From Pseudomonadota bacterium (lineage in GTDB: Bacteria; Pseudomonadota; Alphaproteobacteria; Sphingomonadales; CAKZYD01), in assembly GCA_039026755.1 (NCBI GenBank), contig JBCCLR010000002.1:1-57632 (forward strand): a stretch of DNA of 57,632 bases, in the 5' to 3' direction. Below, piece by piece: positions 1 through 11,196 of this stretch (within the stretch, counting starts at the first letter, position 1; every line of letters begins with the position of its first letter). The translations under genes were made by a program, and so were the position numbers. A model generated the notes under the pieces. The model was not told the origin of the DNA, did no database searches, and saw nothing but the letters and a program-made list of their open reading frames with translations.

Positions 1-2042
<2,042 letters not shown>

Positions 2043-2070
2043 AATGCGCTTTGACTGAGGACAAAACGAC

Positions 2071-2772
2071 GTGACGGACGCCGCCTATAACACCCGCCGG
2101 TCAGAGCTCGAGACCTACTTCGACAAATCGGCCAAAGACAATTGGATCGCCATGACGTCCAAGGCGCCGATCAATGCCATCCGCCGCACTGTGCGCGCGG
2201 GCCGGGATCAAATGCGCACGGAGCTGCTCAGCTGGCTGCCGGAGGACTTGACCGGCGCACGGCTGCTGGATGCCGGCTGCGGCACCGGCATGTTTGCGAT
2301 TGAGGCAGCAAAACGCGGCGCGGATGTGCTTGCGGTTGACTTATCGCCAGGTCTCATCGATGTGGCGCGCGAACGCACCTCAGAGGAAAACCTATCAGGC
2401 AGCATCGACTACCGCGCTGGCGATATGACTGACCCTAGCTTTGGCGCATTTGACTATATCATCGCCATGGATAGCTTCATTCACTACCAGTTTGACAATC
2501 TGGTGGACCTCATCAGCACCTTCGCGGCGCGTACGCGCAATCGCCTCCTATTCACCGTCGCGCCAAAAACCGCGCTGTTAACGCTCATGCATGCCTCCGG
2601 ACAGCTGTTTCCGCGCAGCAATCGCTCACCTGCTATCGTACCGGTCAGCCAGCGCGCGCTTATTCATGCAGCAAACACACAGGCGCGGCTGGCGGATTTT
2701 GAAATTGGCCGCGTGCGCCACATTTCCTCAGCCTTTTATCAATCTAAAGCGGTGGAGCTGTTACGCGGATGA
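2071..2772 (+). CDS. bchM: Mg-protoporphyrin IX methyltransferase BchM
   Basis: SAM-binding motif LLDAGCGTGMFAIEAAKRGADVLAVDLS, with YFD near the N-terminus. It holds the conserved position after bchL. GTG start. Confidence 0.9.
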   Translation: MTDAAYNTRRSELETYFDKSAKDNWIAMTSKAPINAIRRTVRAGRDQMRTELLSWLPEDLTGARLLDAGCGTGMFAIEAAKRGADVLAVDLSPGLIDVARERTSEENLSGSIDYRAGDMTDPSFGAFDYIIAMDSFIHYQFDNLVDLISTFAARTRNRLLFTVAPKTALLTLMHASGQLFPRSNRSPAIVPVSQRALIHAANTQARLADFEIGRVRHISSAFYQSKAVELLRG

Positions 2773-4253
2773 CGCAGCGGCCGGCAACATTTGCTGAATT
2801 TTGGCAATCGCTCGGACCGCGATTCTTGCCGTTTGCCGATGCGGCCAGCGAAACGCTGCCACTTGGCCGCTTACTGCGCCTGTCAGTATTTCAAATCTCC
2901 GTCGGTATGACGGCAGTACTGCTGACCGGCACGCTTAACCGGGTCATGATCTTAGAGCTTGGCGTACCAGCAACCGTTGTGGCGGTGATGGTTGCGCTGC
3001 CATTCTTGTTTGCACCGCTGCGCGCGCTGATCGGCTATAAGTCTGACACGCACCGCTCCCTGCTGGGTTGGCGACGGGTGCCGTATATTTGGTTTGGCAC
3101 GCTGTTTCAATTTGGCGGGCTCGCGATTATGCCGTTTGCCTTGCTTCTGCTTCAGTCTCAGACAACAGGCCCGCAGTGGCTTGGGCCCGCCGGAGCTGCG
3201 CTGGCATTCCTGCTCACAGGCCTCGGCATCCACACTGTACAGACCGCTGGGCTCGCACTGGCGACAGATTTAGCGCCGAAGGATAGCCGGCCGCGCGTGG
3301 TGGCGCTTATTCATGTGGCGCTGCTCGTGGGCATGCTGCTGAGCGCGCTGGCGTTTAGTGTCTTACTTGAAAACTTTAGCGCTGTGCGGCTGATCCAGGT
3401 GGTGCAAGGTGCGGCTGTGGCTGCGTTGTTTTTCAACGTCATCGCGCTGTGGAAGCAAGAAGCGCGGCAGCCAAGCCAGACCGATCCAGAAAAAGTGCAT
3501 CCCACATTCATCGAAAGCTGGCGCAAATTTAAAGGCGATAGCAATGCGGCGCGGCTGCTCATTGCACTGGCGCTCGGAACGGTCGGCTTTTCCATGCAAG
3601 ATGTGTTGCTTGAGCCCTATGGCGGCGAGGTGCTGCAGCTCAGCGTTGCGCAAACAACGCTGCTGACGGCCTGGTTTGCAGGGGGCACCTTACTGGGTTT
3701 TGCCTTGGCCGCGCGGCTCCTGACGCTGGGCACCGAGCCACACCGGCTTTCCGCGCTGGGCATGTTGATTGGCATTGCCGCGTTTTGCAGCGTGGTCTTT
3801 GCCGCACCACTAGGCTCAGCAAACCTATTTCGCGCGGGCGCCTGTCTTATTGGCGTTGGCGGCGGCATTTTTACTGTGGGCACGCTGATTGCCTGCATGA
3901 AGCTGGCAGATGCCAGTGGTTCTGGTCTGGCGCTCGGCGCATGGGGCGCTGTGCAAGCCTCAGCGGTCGGTGTTGGCCTGGCGGCAGGCGGCATTATTCG
4001 CGACACGGTCAATGCCGCCGGCAGTGCAGGCTTTAACCCTGCGTTGGCAGACCCCGCGCTTGGCTATAGCGTCGTTTATCACCTCGATATTGCATTTCTC
4101 GTCGTGAGCATCATCGCGATCGGGCCACTCGTGCGTTTTAACAACGCGCGTTTTACGGAAGAGCGTTTCACGCACGGTTCAAACGCCAAATCCACCCCCC
4201 AACCCCTTCCTGAGCAGGGAGCAGACATCGGCTTAGCCCGCGTTTCGAGCTAG
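2769..4253 (+). CDS. lhaA: PucC/LhaA-family (BCD-type MFS) light-harvesting assembly protein
   Basis: A ~12-TM hydrophobic protein between bchM and puhA, the canonical lhaA position. There is a 4-nt ATGA overlap with bchM. Confidence 0.85.
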   Translation: MTQRPATFAEFWQSLGPRFLPFADAASETLPLGRLLRLSVFQISVGMTAVLLTGTLNRVMILELGVPATVVAVMVALPFLFAPLRALIGYKSDTHRSLLGWRRVPYIWFGTLFQFGGLAIMPFALLLLQSQTTGPQWLGPAGAALAFLLTGLGIHTVQTAGLALATDLAPKDSRPRVVALIHVALLVGMLLSALAFSVLLENFSAVRLIQVVQGAAVAALFFNVIALWKQEARQPSQTDPEKVHPTFIESWRKFKGDSNAARLLIALALGTVGFSMQDVLLEPYGGEVLQLSVAQTTLLTAWFAGGTLLGFALAARLLTLGTEPHRLSALGMLIGIAAFCSVVFAAPLGSANLFRAGACLIGVGGGIFTVGTLIACMKLADASGSGLALGAWGAVQASAVGVGLAAGGIIRDTVNAAGSAGFNPALADPALGYSVVYHLDIAFLVVSIIAIGPLVRFNNARFTEERFTHGSNAKSTPQPLPEQGADIGLARVSS

Positions 4254-4272
4254 CCGGATATGGAGCAAAGAT

Positions 4273-5052
4273 ATGATTGTTGAAATCGTTGGAAGTTTAG
4301 ATGTTGCGCAGCTGGTGCTATATGCTTTCTGGATCTTTTTCGCTGGGCTGATTTGGTATCTACAGGCTGAAAGCCGGCGCGAGGGCTATCCGCTAGAAGC
4401 GGATCTAACGGGCGATTATAACAAAGATGCCTGGCTGTCGATGCCAAGCCCAAAAACCTTTGTGCTGCCACACGGTCATGGTGAGCGGGTCTATCCGCAC
4501 CCCGCCAATCGCGACACCCGGCCCATTGCAGCAATGCGCGCCTCACCCATGCCTGGCGCGCCGCTGATCCCCACCGGCGATCCACTAAAAGACGGTGTTG
4601 GCCCAGCCTCTTGGGCCGAACGGCCAGACTATCCCGATGCTATGGCAGATGGATCTGACAAGATCATTCCTATGGCAAAAACGGCGCACTTTAAGGTGGC
4701 TGAACAGGATATGAGCCCGATTGGCATGCCTGTCATTGCCGCTGATGGCCAACAGGTGGGTGAGATTAAAGAACTATGGGTCGACCAGATGGAATCGGTC
4801 ATCCGCTATTTTGAAGTCGCTGTCGGTGAAGAAACCAGACTGATCCCCATGCACTTTGCCCGCTTCCGCGGCTCCTTCCGCGGTCTGGGTAAGATTTACT
4901 ACGTTAACAATCTGCCGGCGTCTCGGTTCCCAGATATTCCGCAGACCGCCTCGCCAGAGCGTATCACCATGCTGGAAGAAGAGAAGATCATGGGCTTCTT
5001 CGGCGGCGGTACGCTCTATGGCATGCCCGACCGCACGGAGCCGATCATATGA
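4273..5052 (+). CDS. puhA: Photosynthetic reaction centre H subunit
   Basis: N-terminal single TM segment (LDVAQLVLYAFWIFFAGLIWYLQAESRREGYPLE) and a PRC-barrel-like C-terminus. Size is 259 aa. Confidence 0.9.
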   Translation: MIVEIVGSLDVAQLVLYAFWIFFAGLIWYLQAESRREGYPLEADLTGDYNKDAWLSMPSPKTFVLPHGHGERVYPHPANRDTRPIAAMRASPMPGAPLIPTGDPLKDGVGPASWAERPDYPDAMADGSDKIIPMAKTAHFKVAEQDMSPIGMPVIAADGQQVGEIKELWVDQMESVIRYFEVAVGEETRLIPMHFARFRGSFRGLGKIYYVNNLPASRFPDIPQTASPERITMLEEEKIMGFFGGGTLYGMPDRTEPII

Positions 5053-5747
5053 GCATCAAGTTCAATGATGAGTATGAAATCGAGCCGATTGCCGGTTTGC
5101 CGGAGCCTTTGCCGAAGGGTGAAAACATTCTTTGGCAAGGCCGGCCCCAGCGCAAAGCCGTCCTGCGAAACGTGCTGCACATCCGCAAATTTGCACTCTA
5201 TTTCGGCGTGTTGCTGGTGTGGAATGTAGGCACGGCATTTTATGATGGGCGGCCGGGTTTAAGCGCACTTGGCGCTGGCCTGGGCACGCTTGGTCTTGCC
5301 GCGGCATTTTATATCATCGTCCAAATCTACGCCTATCTGATTGAGCGCACCACCATTTACACGTTGACGGACAAACGTGTTGTGATGCGCTGCGGCGTGG
5401 CCTTAAGCGTTGCTTTTCAACTGCCATTTAAGCAAATCACCGCTGCCGATGTGCGCTCTTTACAAAACGGCATGGGCGATATTGCACTCACGCTGGCTGA
5501 GCACAGCAAAATCTCCTGGCTGGTGCTGTATCCACATGTGCGGCCGTGGAAACTTGCTAAGCCGCAGCCAATGCTGCGCTGCATCGACAATGTAGCGCAC
5601 ATTGCGCAGATGCTTGCCGATGGCCTTGCCGCTGCTCATGGCCACGCGCCAGCGCACGAAACAGCCGAAGCAGCGCACGGTCCGTCAGCCCCGCAGCCGA
5701 TATCAGAAGGTATCCCTGCCGCGCAGGGCCTGGCGCAAAGTGCGTAA
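5049..5747 (+). CDS. puhB: Reaction-centre assembly protein PuhB
   Basis: It sits immediately after puhA with a 4-nt overlap. It has a PH-like/bPH2 segment (TTIYTLTDKRVVMRCG) and TM helices. Confidence 0.75.
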   Translation: MSIKFNDEYEIEPIAGLPEPLPKGENILWQGRPQRKAVLRNVLHIRKFALYFGVLLVWNVGTAFYDGRPGLSALGAGLGTLGLAAAFYIIVQIYAYLIERTTIYTLTDKRVVMRCGVALSVAFQLPFKQITAADVRSLQNGMGDIALTLAEHSKISWLVLYPHVRPWKLAKPQPMLRCIDNVAHIAQMLADGLAAAHGHAPAHETAEAAHGPSAPQPISEGIPAAQGLAQSA

Positions 5748-5777
5748 CTAGAAACCATCTCACGGGGGGATAAGACC

Positions 5778-6245
5778 ATGTTGCAACCAGCGCAGAAGAT
5801 CAGTGAAAACCGGCATAATCTGCCACTTTACGGGATCCTGGCGGTCATGGTCTTATGCGTCCTCCTGGTGGTCGCGTCGGTTCTCACAGGCACCGGCAAA
5901 GTGCGCGGCAGCATCGGCATCCCGGTGGTCGAACGCAGCATTACCTTCCATAGCGACGCGCAGGGCGGCTTTCGCGTTGTCGATGCGGACACCAGCCAAG
6001 ACATTAAAAGGTTTGCCAAGGGAGAAGGCGCGTTCATCCGCAGCTCCATCCGGTCCATGAGCCTTAATCGCCGTGCGCATCGCATCCAGCACGACCTGCC
6101 CTACCGGCTTGCCAAAACCGAGCAAGGCCGGCTGTCTTTGATTGACCCAGAGACCGGGCAATTTATTACCGTCAATGCTTTTGGCCCTGTGGCCGCCCGG
6201 AGCTACGCAAGTTTGTTACCAAGTCAAACCAAAAAGGAGGGTTAG
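5778..6245 (+). CDS. puhC: Reaction-centre assembly protein PuhC
   Basis: 155 aa with a single N-terminal TM segment, in the conserved puhABC order. Confidence 0.7.
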   Translation: MLQPAQKISENRHNLPLYGILAVMVLCVLLVVASVLTGTGKVRGSIGIPVVERSITFHSDAQGGFRVVDADTSQDIKRFAKGEGAFIRSSIRSMSLNRRAHRIQHDLPYRLAKTEQGRLSLIDPETGQFITVNAFGPVAARSYASLLPSQTKKEG

Positions 6246-6268
6246 ACGATGTTGTTGGGGGAAAGCTT

Positions 6269-6568
6269 ATGTCATTGATGTCGTGGCTAGAAAAAACGCT
6301 TGAGGTGGATTGCACCGTGGAGGTGCAAAATACCTTTGAAAGCCTGCATGCGCATGTGCGCTTTGATGGCGGCGTAACGGTCAACCCGGGGGATGAAGTG
6401 ACCGTGCACGGTAAACCGATTGAAGTGCCCTATGGCGATAAACAAACCTTCCGCCGCAAGGCGACGGTAAAACGCGCTGGCCTTGTTGAACGCCTATGGA
6501 CCAAGGCAACTGGGGACTTTGAATTTATGGAGCTGTGTGAATTCAGCTTCTCGGAGGAAAGATTATGA
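6269..6568 (+). CDS. Small conserved photosynthesis-cluster protein directly upstream of acsF, possibly the BciE-type cyclase accessory subunit
   Basis: 99-aa ORF with a 4-nt ATGA overlap with acsF. This is the 'hyp' position in the puhABC-hyp-acsF-puhE-hemA arrangement. Confidence 0.5.
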   Translation: MSLMSWLEKTLEVDCTVEVQNTFESLHAHVRFDGGVTVNPGDEVTVHGKPIEVPYGDKQTFRRKATVKRAGLVERLWTKATGDFEFMELCEFSFSEERL

Positions 6569-7734
6569 TCATCCAGCCGAACCAGAAAACCACCATTCGC
6601 CCAGCGCATGATGTTGAGCGGGTTGACCCCAGTGCGCCAGCCAATCCAGGCGTGCCAGCCAATTCCAATGTGCCACCGGGCAAACAAGCGATCAATGAAA
6701 CGACAAAGCATGCCGCCTCAGGCACCACGTTGCTCGACCCCCGGTTTTACACAACGGATTTTGATAAGCTCGATAAAACCGATATCTCGCTGGTGCGCGC
6801 AGAGTGGGACCCGTTGATTGCTGAAATGAAGGCAGACCCCAATCGGGGTCATTTCAAGCGCAATGAAGATTGGGATGATGTCGACCTCGCAGACTTGCCT
6901 GATGGCTTGCGCGAGGAGTTTATTGACTTTCTCGTAAGCTCGCTCACGGCGGAATTTTCGGGCTGCGTGCTATACAAAGAAATGAAGCGACGCGGTACAA
7001 ATCCGGATATCAAGGCCCTATTTAGCTATATGAGCCGCGATGAAGCGCGCCATGCCGGCTTCATCAACGATTGCCTGAAAGACTTTGATATCGGGGTTAA
7101 TCTGGGCTTCCTCACCAAGGCCAAGAAATATACATATTTCCGGCCAAAATTCATCTTCTACGCGACCTATCTCTCTGAAAAGATTGGATATTCACGCTAC
7201 ATTACAATCTTCCGCCATCTTGAACGCCATCCGGAAAACCGGTTCCACCCGATTTTCAAATGGTTTGAAGAATGGTGCAATGATGAGTTTCGCCACGGCG
7301 AGGCGTTTTCGCTGTTAATGCGGGCTGACCCGAAATTGCTGTCGGGCCACAATAAACTGTGGATCAAGTTCTTCTTATGCGCGGTCTATGCGACGATGTT
7401 TGTGCGCGATCATGCCCGGCCGCACTTTCATAAAGCGCTGGGCATTGGCATTGAAGACTATGACTTCCGCGTGTTCCGTATTTGCAATGAGATTTCCAAG
7501 CAATGCTTCCCGTTCACCCTGGATCTGGATAATCCGCAGTTCCGGCGCCGGCTGCGCCGCATCAACGAAATTTCCGTTGCAATGGGTGACGCCAGCAAAA
7601 AAGGTGGCATCTTCGGCAAAGTAAAGAAAGCAGCGCTTGGCATTGCCGCGGCATATCAGTTTGGGCGGCTCTATTGCATCCCATCCAACGCCAATGAAAT
7701 CCCGGAAACCAGCCATCTTGTACCGGCGTGGTAG
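6565..7734 (+). CDS. acsF: Oxygen-dependent Mg-protoporphyrin IX monomethyl ester cyclase AcsF
   Basis: Di-iron carboxylate motifs ([21 protein letters not shown].. and ..[12 protein letters not shown]). Confidence 0.92.
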   Translation: MIIQPNQKTTIRPAHDVERVDPSAPANPGVPANSNVPPGKQAINETTKHAASGTTLLDPRFYTTDFDKLDKTDISLVRAEWDPLIAEMKADPNRGHFKRNEDWDDVDLADLPDGLREEFIDFLVSSLTAEFSGCVLYKEMKRRGTNPDIKALFSYMSRDEARHAGFINDCLKDFDIGVNLGFLTKAKKYTYFRPKFIFYATYLSEKIGYSRYITIFRHLERHPENRFHPIFKWFEEWCNDEFRHGEAFSLLMRADPKLLSGHNKLWIKFFLCAVYATMFVRDHARPHFHKALGIGIEDYDFRVFRICNEISKQCFPFTLDLDNPQFRRRLRRINEISVAMGDASKKGGIFGKVKKAALGIAAAYQFGRLYCIPSNANEIPETSHLVPAW

Positions 7735-7765
7735 CGCCGGCGCACAAGGAGTGTAAACAGCTCAT

Positions 7766-8686
7766 ATGAAAACCCTTGTCCCCATCCTGTTTGTCGTTTT
7801 CACCTGGTGGTTTTCCACCGGCGTGGTGCTGTGGCTTGCCACACGCACAGGCGGCAACCGCCAGTATCGCTTGATGGCGATGCTGGCGATCGGGGGCCTT
7901 GGACTAATTGGCATTTGGGCTAGTGCATACCCGGCACTCTTCCCAAGCGTGCCCGCTTGGAGCCTGCCGTATCTGGGCTTCAGTGCTGCACTTGCCGTGT
8001 GGGCACCCATTGAATTTACCTTCTTAACGGGCATTTTGACCGGTCCGCGCCTTTTAAGGTGCCCACCAGGCAGCACGGAAGTAGAGCGTTTTGGCTATGC
8101 CTTTAAAGCGCTGAGCCATCATGAATATGCGCTGGCTGGCGCACTCGGCCTGATTGCGGTGATCACCTTGCCCAATGGCAGCTTTGCTGCCTTTGCGGTC
8201 TTCTTGTTGCTTTGGCTGATGCGCCTTAGCGCGAAATTCACGCTATTTTCCGGCGCACCAAAGTTTGCCCAAGAGATGATGCCGCAGCAAATTGCGCACC
8301 TGCAAAGCTACATACGCCATGACCGGATCGGGCCATTTTTTTGGATCGCGATGCCTATACTTACACTCACCTTTATCGCAGCTGTCTTCAGCATCGCGAT
8401 GGGTAGTGTAACACCGGAATTTAGAACGTTGAGCATCATGCTCACCACATTGGTTGGACTTGGCGCATTAGAGCACTGGTTCATGATCCTGCCTGTCACA
8501 GACAGCGCCCTATGGCGCTGGGCGTTACCAGGGACGCAAAAACAGACAGCCAGGGCCGTAGGATCAAGGCCTAGAGCGACAATCACGACACAACGACGAC
8601 CAAACCATAGCAACCAGCAGACCCGTCTGCGCGTTGCGCCGGGCTACCAAAGAGCCCAACAGCCTAGAAGGGGAGCAGCAACATGA
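7766..8686 (+). CDS. puhE: Putative photosynthetic complex assembly protein PuhE
   Basis: Polytopic membrane protein ([25 protein letters not shown]...) between acsF and hemA. It carries an unusual ~50-aa Arg/Gln-rich tail. Confidence 0.75.
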   Translation: MKTLVPILFVVFTWWFSTGVVLWLATRTGGNRQYRLMAMLAIGGLGLIGIWASAYPALFPSVPAWSLPYLGFSAALAVWAPIEFTFLTGILTGPRLLRCPPGSTEVERFGYAFKALSHHEYALAGALGLIAVITLPNGSFAAFAVFLLLWLMRLSAKFTLFSGAPKFAQEMMPQQIAHLQSYIRHDRIGPFFWIAMPILTLTFIAAVFSIAMGSVTPEFRTLSIMLTTLVGLGALEHWFMILPVTDSALWRWALPGTQKQTARAVGSRPRATITTQRRPNHSNQQTRLRVAPGYQRAQQPRRGAAT

Positions 8687-9900
8687 ACTTTGACGAGTTC
8701 TTTGAAGATGAGCTGAACGGACTACGCGAAGCCGGGAACTACCGGGTCTTCGCCGAACTGCAGCGCCACAAAGGCCAATTTCCGCGCGCCACACGCTATG
8801 ATGCCAATGGCGCGACAAGCGAAGTGACCGTTTGGTGTTCAAATGATTATCTTGGCATGGGCCAGCACGCCGATACGCTTGCTGCGATGCGCGAAGCCAT
8901 GGACAAATGCGGCGCCGGCGCCGGCGGGACACGCAATATCTCAGGCACCAATCACTATCATGTGCTGCTCGAGGAAGAGCTTGCCGATCTGCATGGCAAG
9001 GAAGATGCGCTCATCTTCACCTCTGGTTATGTGTCAAATTGGGCAGCCTTAGGCACGCTGCTTGCCCGAATCCCGGGCATTGAAGTGTTTTCCGATGCCG
9101 GCAACCATGCCTCGATGATTGAAGGCATACGCCATTCGCGCGCGCCCAAGCACATATGGAAGCACAATGATCCTGAAGATCTTGATCATAAGTTATCGGC
9201 AGTTGCGCCCGAAACCCCGAAATTGGTCGCGTTTGAAAGCGTTTACTCCATGGAAGGCGATATCTGCCCCATGCGCGAGATCGTTGAGGTGTGCGAGAAG
9301 CATAGCGCGCTGTCTTATTTGGATGAAGTGCACGGCGTTGGCCTGTATGGCCCGCGCGGCGGCGGCATCGCCGAGCGTGAAGGCCTGATGGACCGGATTA
9401 CGGTGATCGAAGGCACGCTTGGCAAAGCCTTTGGCGTCATGGGCGGCTATATTACCGGGTCCCGCAATCTATGCGATTATGTGCGCTCGTTTGCCTCTGG
9501 CTTTATCTTCACGACCGCACTGTCACCTGCACTGGCAGCAGCGGCAACGGCCTCAATCAAGCATTTAAAGAAAAGCGATTTTGAACGCCAACGCCAGCGC
9601 CGCAATGTGCGTATCCTGCGCGATCGGCTGGATGCAGCCGGTATCCCGCATATGCAGAACGACAGCCACATCGTGCCCGTTGTGGTTGGTGATGCTAAGA
9701 AATGTAAGTTCATTTCAGACTATCTGCTGGATAACCACGGCATCTATGTGCAGCCGATCAATTACCCGACCGTACCAGAAGGCACAGAGCGCCTGCGCAT
9801 CACGCCGTCGCCCGTGCACACAGAGGCCGATATCGACGCCCTGGTGACAGCCTTAGGGGAATTGTGGTCGCATTGCGCCTTAGCGCGCGCTGTGGCTTAA
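8683..9900 (+). CDS. hemA: 5-aminolevulinate synthase
   Basis: Alpha-oxoamine synthase features ([37 protein letters not shown] with the PLP lysine). 405 aa. Confidence 0.93.
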   Translation: MNFDEFFEDELNGLREAGNYRVFAELQRHKGQFPRATRYDANGATSEVTVWCSNDYLGMGQHADTLAAMREAMDKCGAGAGGTRNISGTNHYHVLLEEELADLHGKEDALIFTSGYVSNWAALGTLLARIPGIEVFSDAGNHASMIEGIRHSRAPKHIWKHNDPEDLDHKLSAVAPETPKLVAFESVYSMEGDICPMREIVEVCEKHSALSYLDEVHGVGLYGPRGGGIAEREGLMDRITVIEGTLGKAFGVMGGYITGSRNLCDYVRSFASGFIFTTALSPALAAAATASIKHLKKSDFERQRQRRNVRILRDRLDAAGIPHMQNDSHIVPVVVGDAKKCKFISDYLLDNHGIYVQPINYPTVPEGTERLRITPSPVHTEADIDALVTALGELWSHCALARAVA

Positions 9901-10136
9901 GGCGCTAGGTAAAGCTTAAGGCCCTTTGTGGGACGAGACAGTAAAGGGCGAGGGGCAATACACAATTACGGCGCCACGCAGTCATGGCTTGAAGCCTGAC
10001 CGTGGCAAACCCGTGGCTGTCCTGCCCTTTCAAGCTAGGTCAGGTTTTAGCGCACTGAAAGCGCCGGTCTTTGAACAGCAAAAGACAATCATTATAGACC
10101 AGCGCTTTCGTTTCGAACGTCTTGCGTGTCTCAGCA

Positions 10137-10952
10137 TCACATCATTCGCTCAAAAAGGGCTTCGAGGTCTGCCGCAATGACTTCAGCATGCGCATCAAGC
10201 ACAGATCGCGTCACATCGAGCCGTTCAAGCAAGCGCGCACCCGGTATAATCCGGCTGGCCGCGCGCGAGCCATCCAATAGAGACGACTGCGTGGCTAGCA
10301 CTGTAGTCGCCACCTGCACCTGCGTAAAGCGCTGCTGCCAATCATATGAAAAAGCGGCATGAAATGCGGCGTTCATGGCGCTGCCCGCGCGCAATTGCTC
10401 CACAAACATGGCAAAGGCGCTGCTGCGGGACTGGGTTTCCAGCCGCGATTTAAAGCTGCTGTTCCATGGTTTTTCCAGGCACTCAAGCATATCTGTGACA
10501 TCAAATTCACTGCCAAAAGCCCGTGCCATATCAGCGCTTTTCTCCGCCGGAAAAGCTGGCACATCGATCAAACAAGACATATCCAGCCCTGGCAGCGCGC
10601 GGGTACATAACTCGGCTGCAACAAGACACCCGGTATGAAACCCAATGAGGCCGATGCCGTCACTGTCTTCTAAAGCATGGTGCAGGACAACCTCCATTGC
10701 ATCGGCATAATCGCCAATGCTCGGCATACCCTCCGGAACGGGTGCCGAGCCGCCATAACCAGGATAATCGGGCGCAATAACGCGGCGCTGCTGCGCTAGA
10801 AAAGGCGCAATGTGCTGAAATGCCAAGCCGCTGAACGGCGCGGGATGCAAGCATATTAGAGTGCGGCGGGCCGGCGATGATGCCGGTTGCCACTGGCGCA
10901 GATGGATTTGCCCAAAAGGGCCATCAATATAGCGGAGGGTTGGTGTTTTCAT
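10137..10952 (-). CDS. Alpha/beta-hydrolase-fold protein with a non-canonical nucleophile elbow
   Basis: Oxyanion-like segment LICLHPAPFSG and a VIAPDYPGYGGS loop. The elbow reads G-F-H-T-G rather than G-x-S-x-G. Confidence 0.7.
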   Translation of the reverse strand: MKTPTLRYIDGPFGQIHLRQWQPASSPARRTLICLHPAPFSGLAFQHIAPFLAQQRRVIAPDYPGYGGSAPVPEGMPSIGDYADAMEVVLHHALEDSDGIGLIGFHTGCLVAAELCTRALPGLDMSCLIDVPAFPAEKSADMARAFGSEFDVTDMLECLEKPWNSSFKSRLETQSRSSAFAMFVEQLRAGSAMNAAFHAAFSYDWQQRFTQVQVATTVLATQSSLLDGSRAASRIIPGARLLERLDVTRSVLDAHAEVIAADLEALFERMM

Positions 10953-11196
10953 TATCTGCCCTGCTCTTTCCTCTTGCGGTGCTTATAGCGTATTCTTTAG
11001 TGGCGAAATCGGGTACCAGCCACGACATCCGTCAATCAAAGAGTGCGCGGCGGTCTTGATAGAAACCATCAAAACAGAAACCATCGAAGGACACACGGCC
11101 CTGATCCAGCAGCTGCGACAGCGCCCGATATCGACACAATAAAGCGCGCAGCGTATGCACGCAGGTTAATTGGTGACGCATAAAAGGCCCCCCGCG

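Noticed and set aside
9926-10180. 84-aa + strand ORF and several short inverted repeats in the 236-nt gap between the convergent hemA and hydrolase genes
   Set aside because: The ORF has no recognisable motif and runs into the convergent gene. The hairpins are short (4-7 bp) and lack U-tracts. An sRNA or terminator is possible but the sequence alone does not support one.
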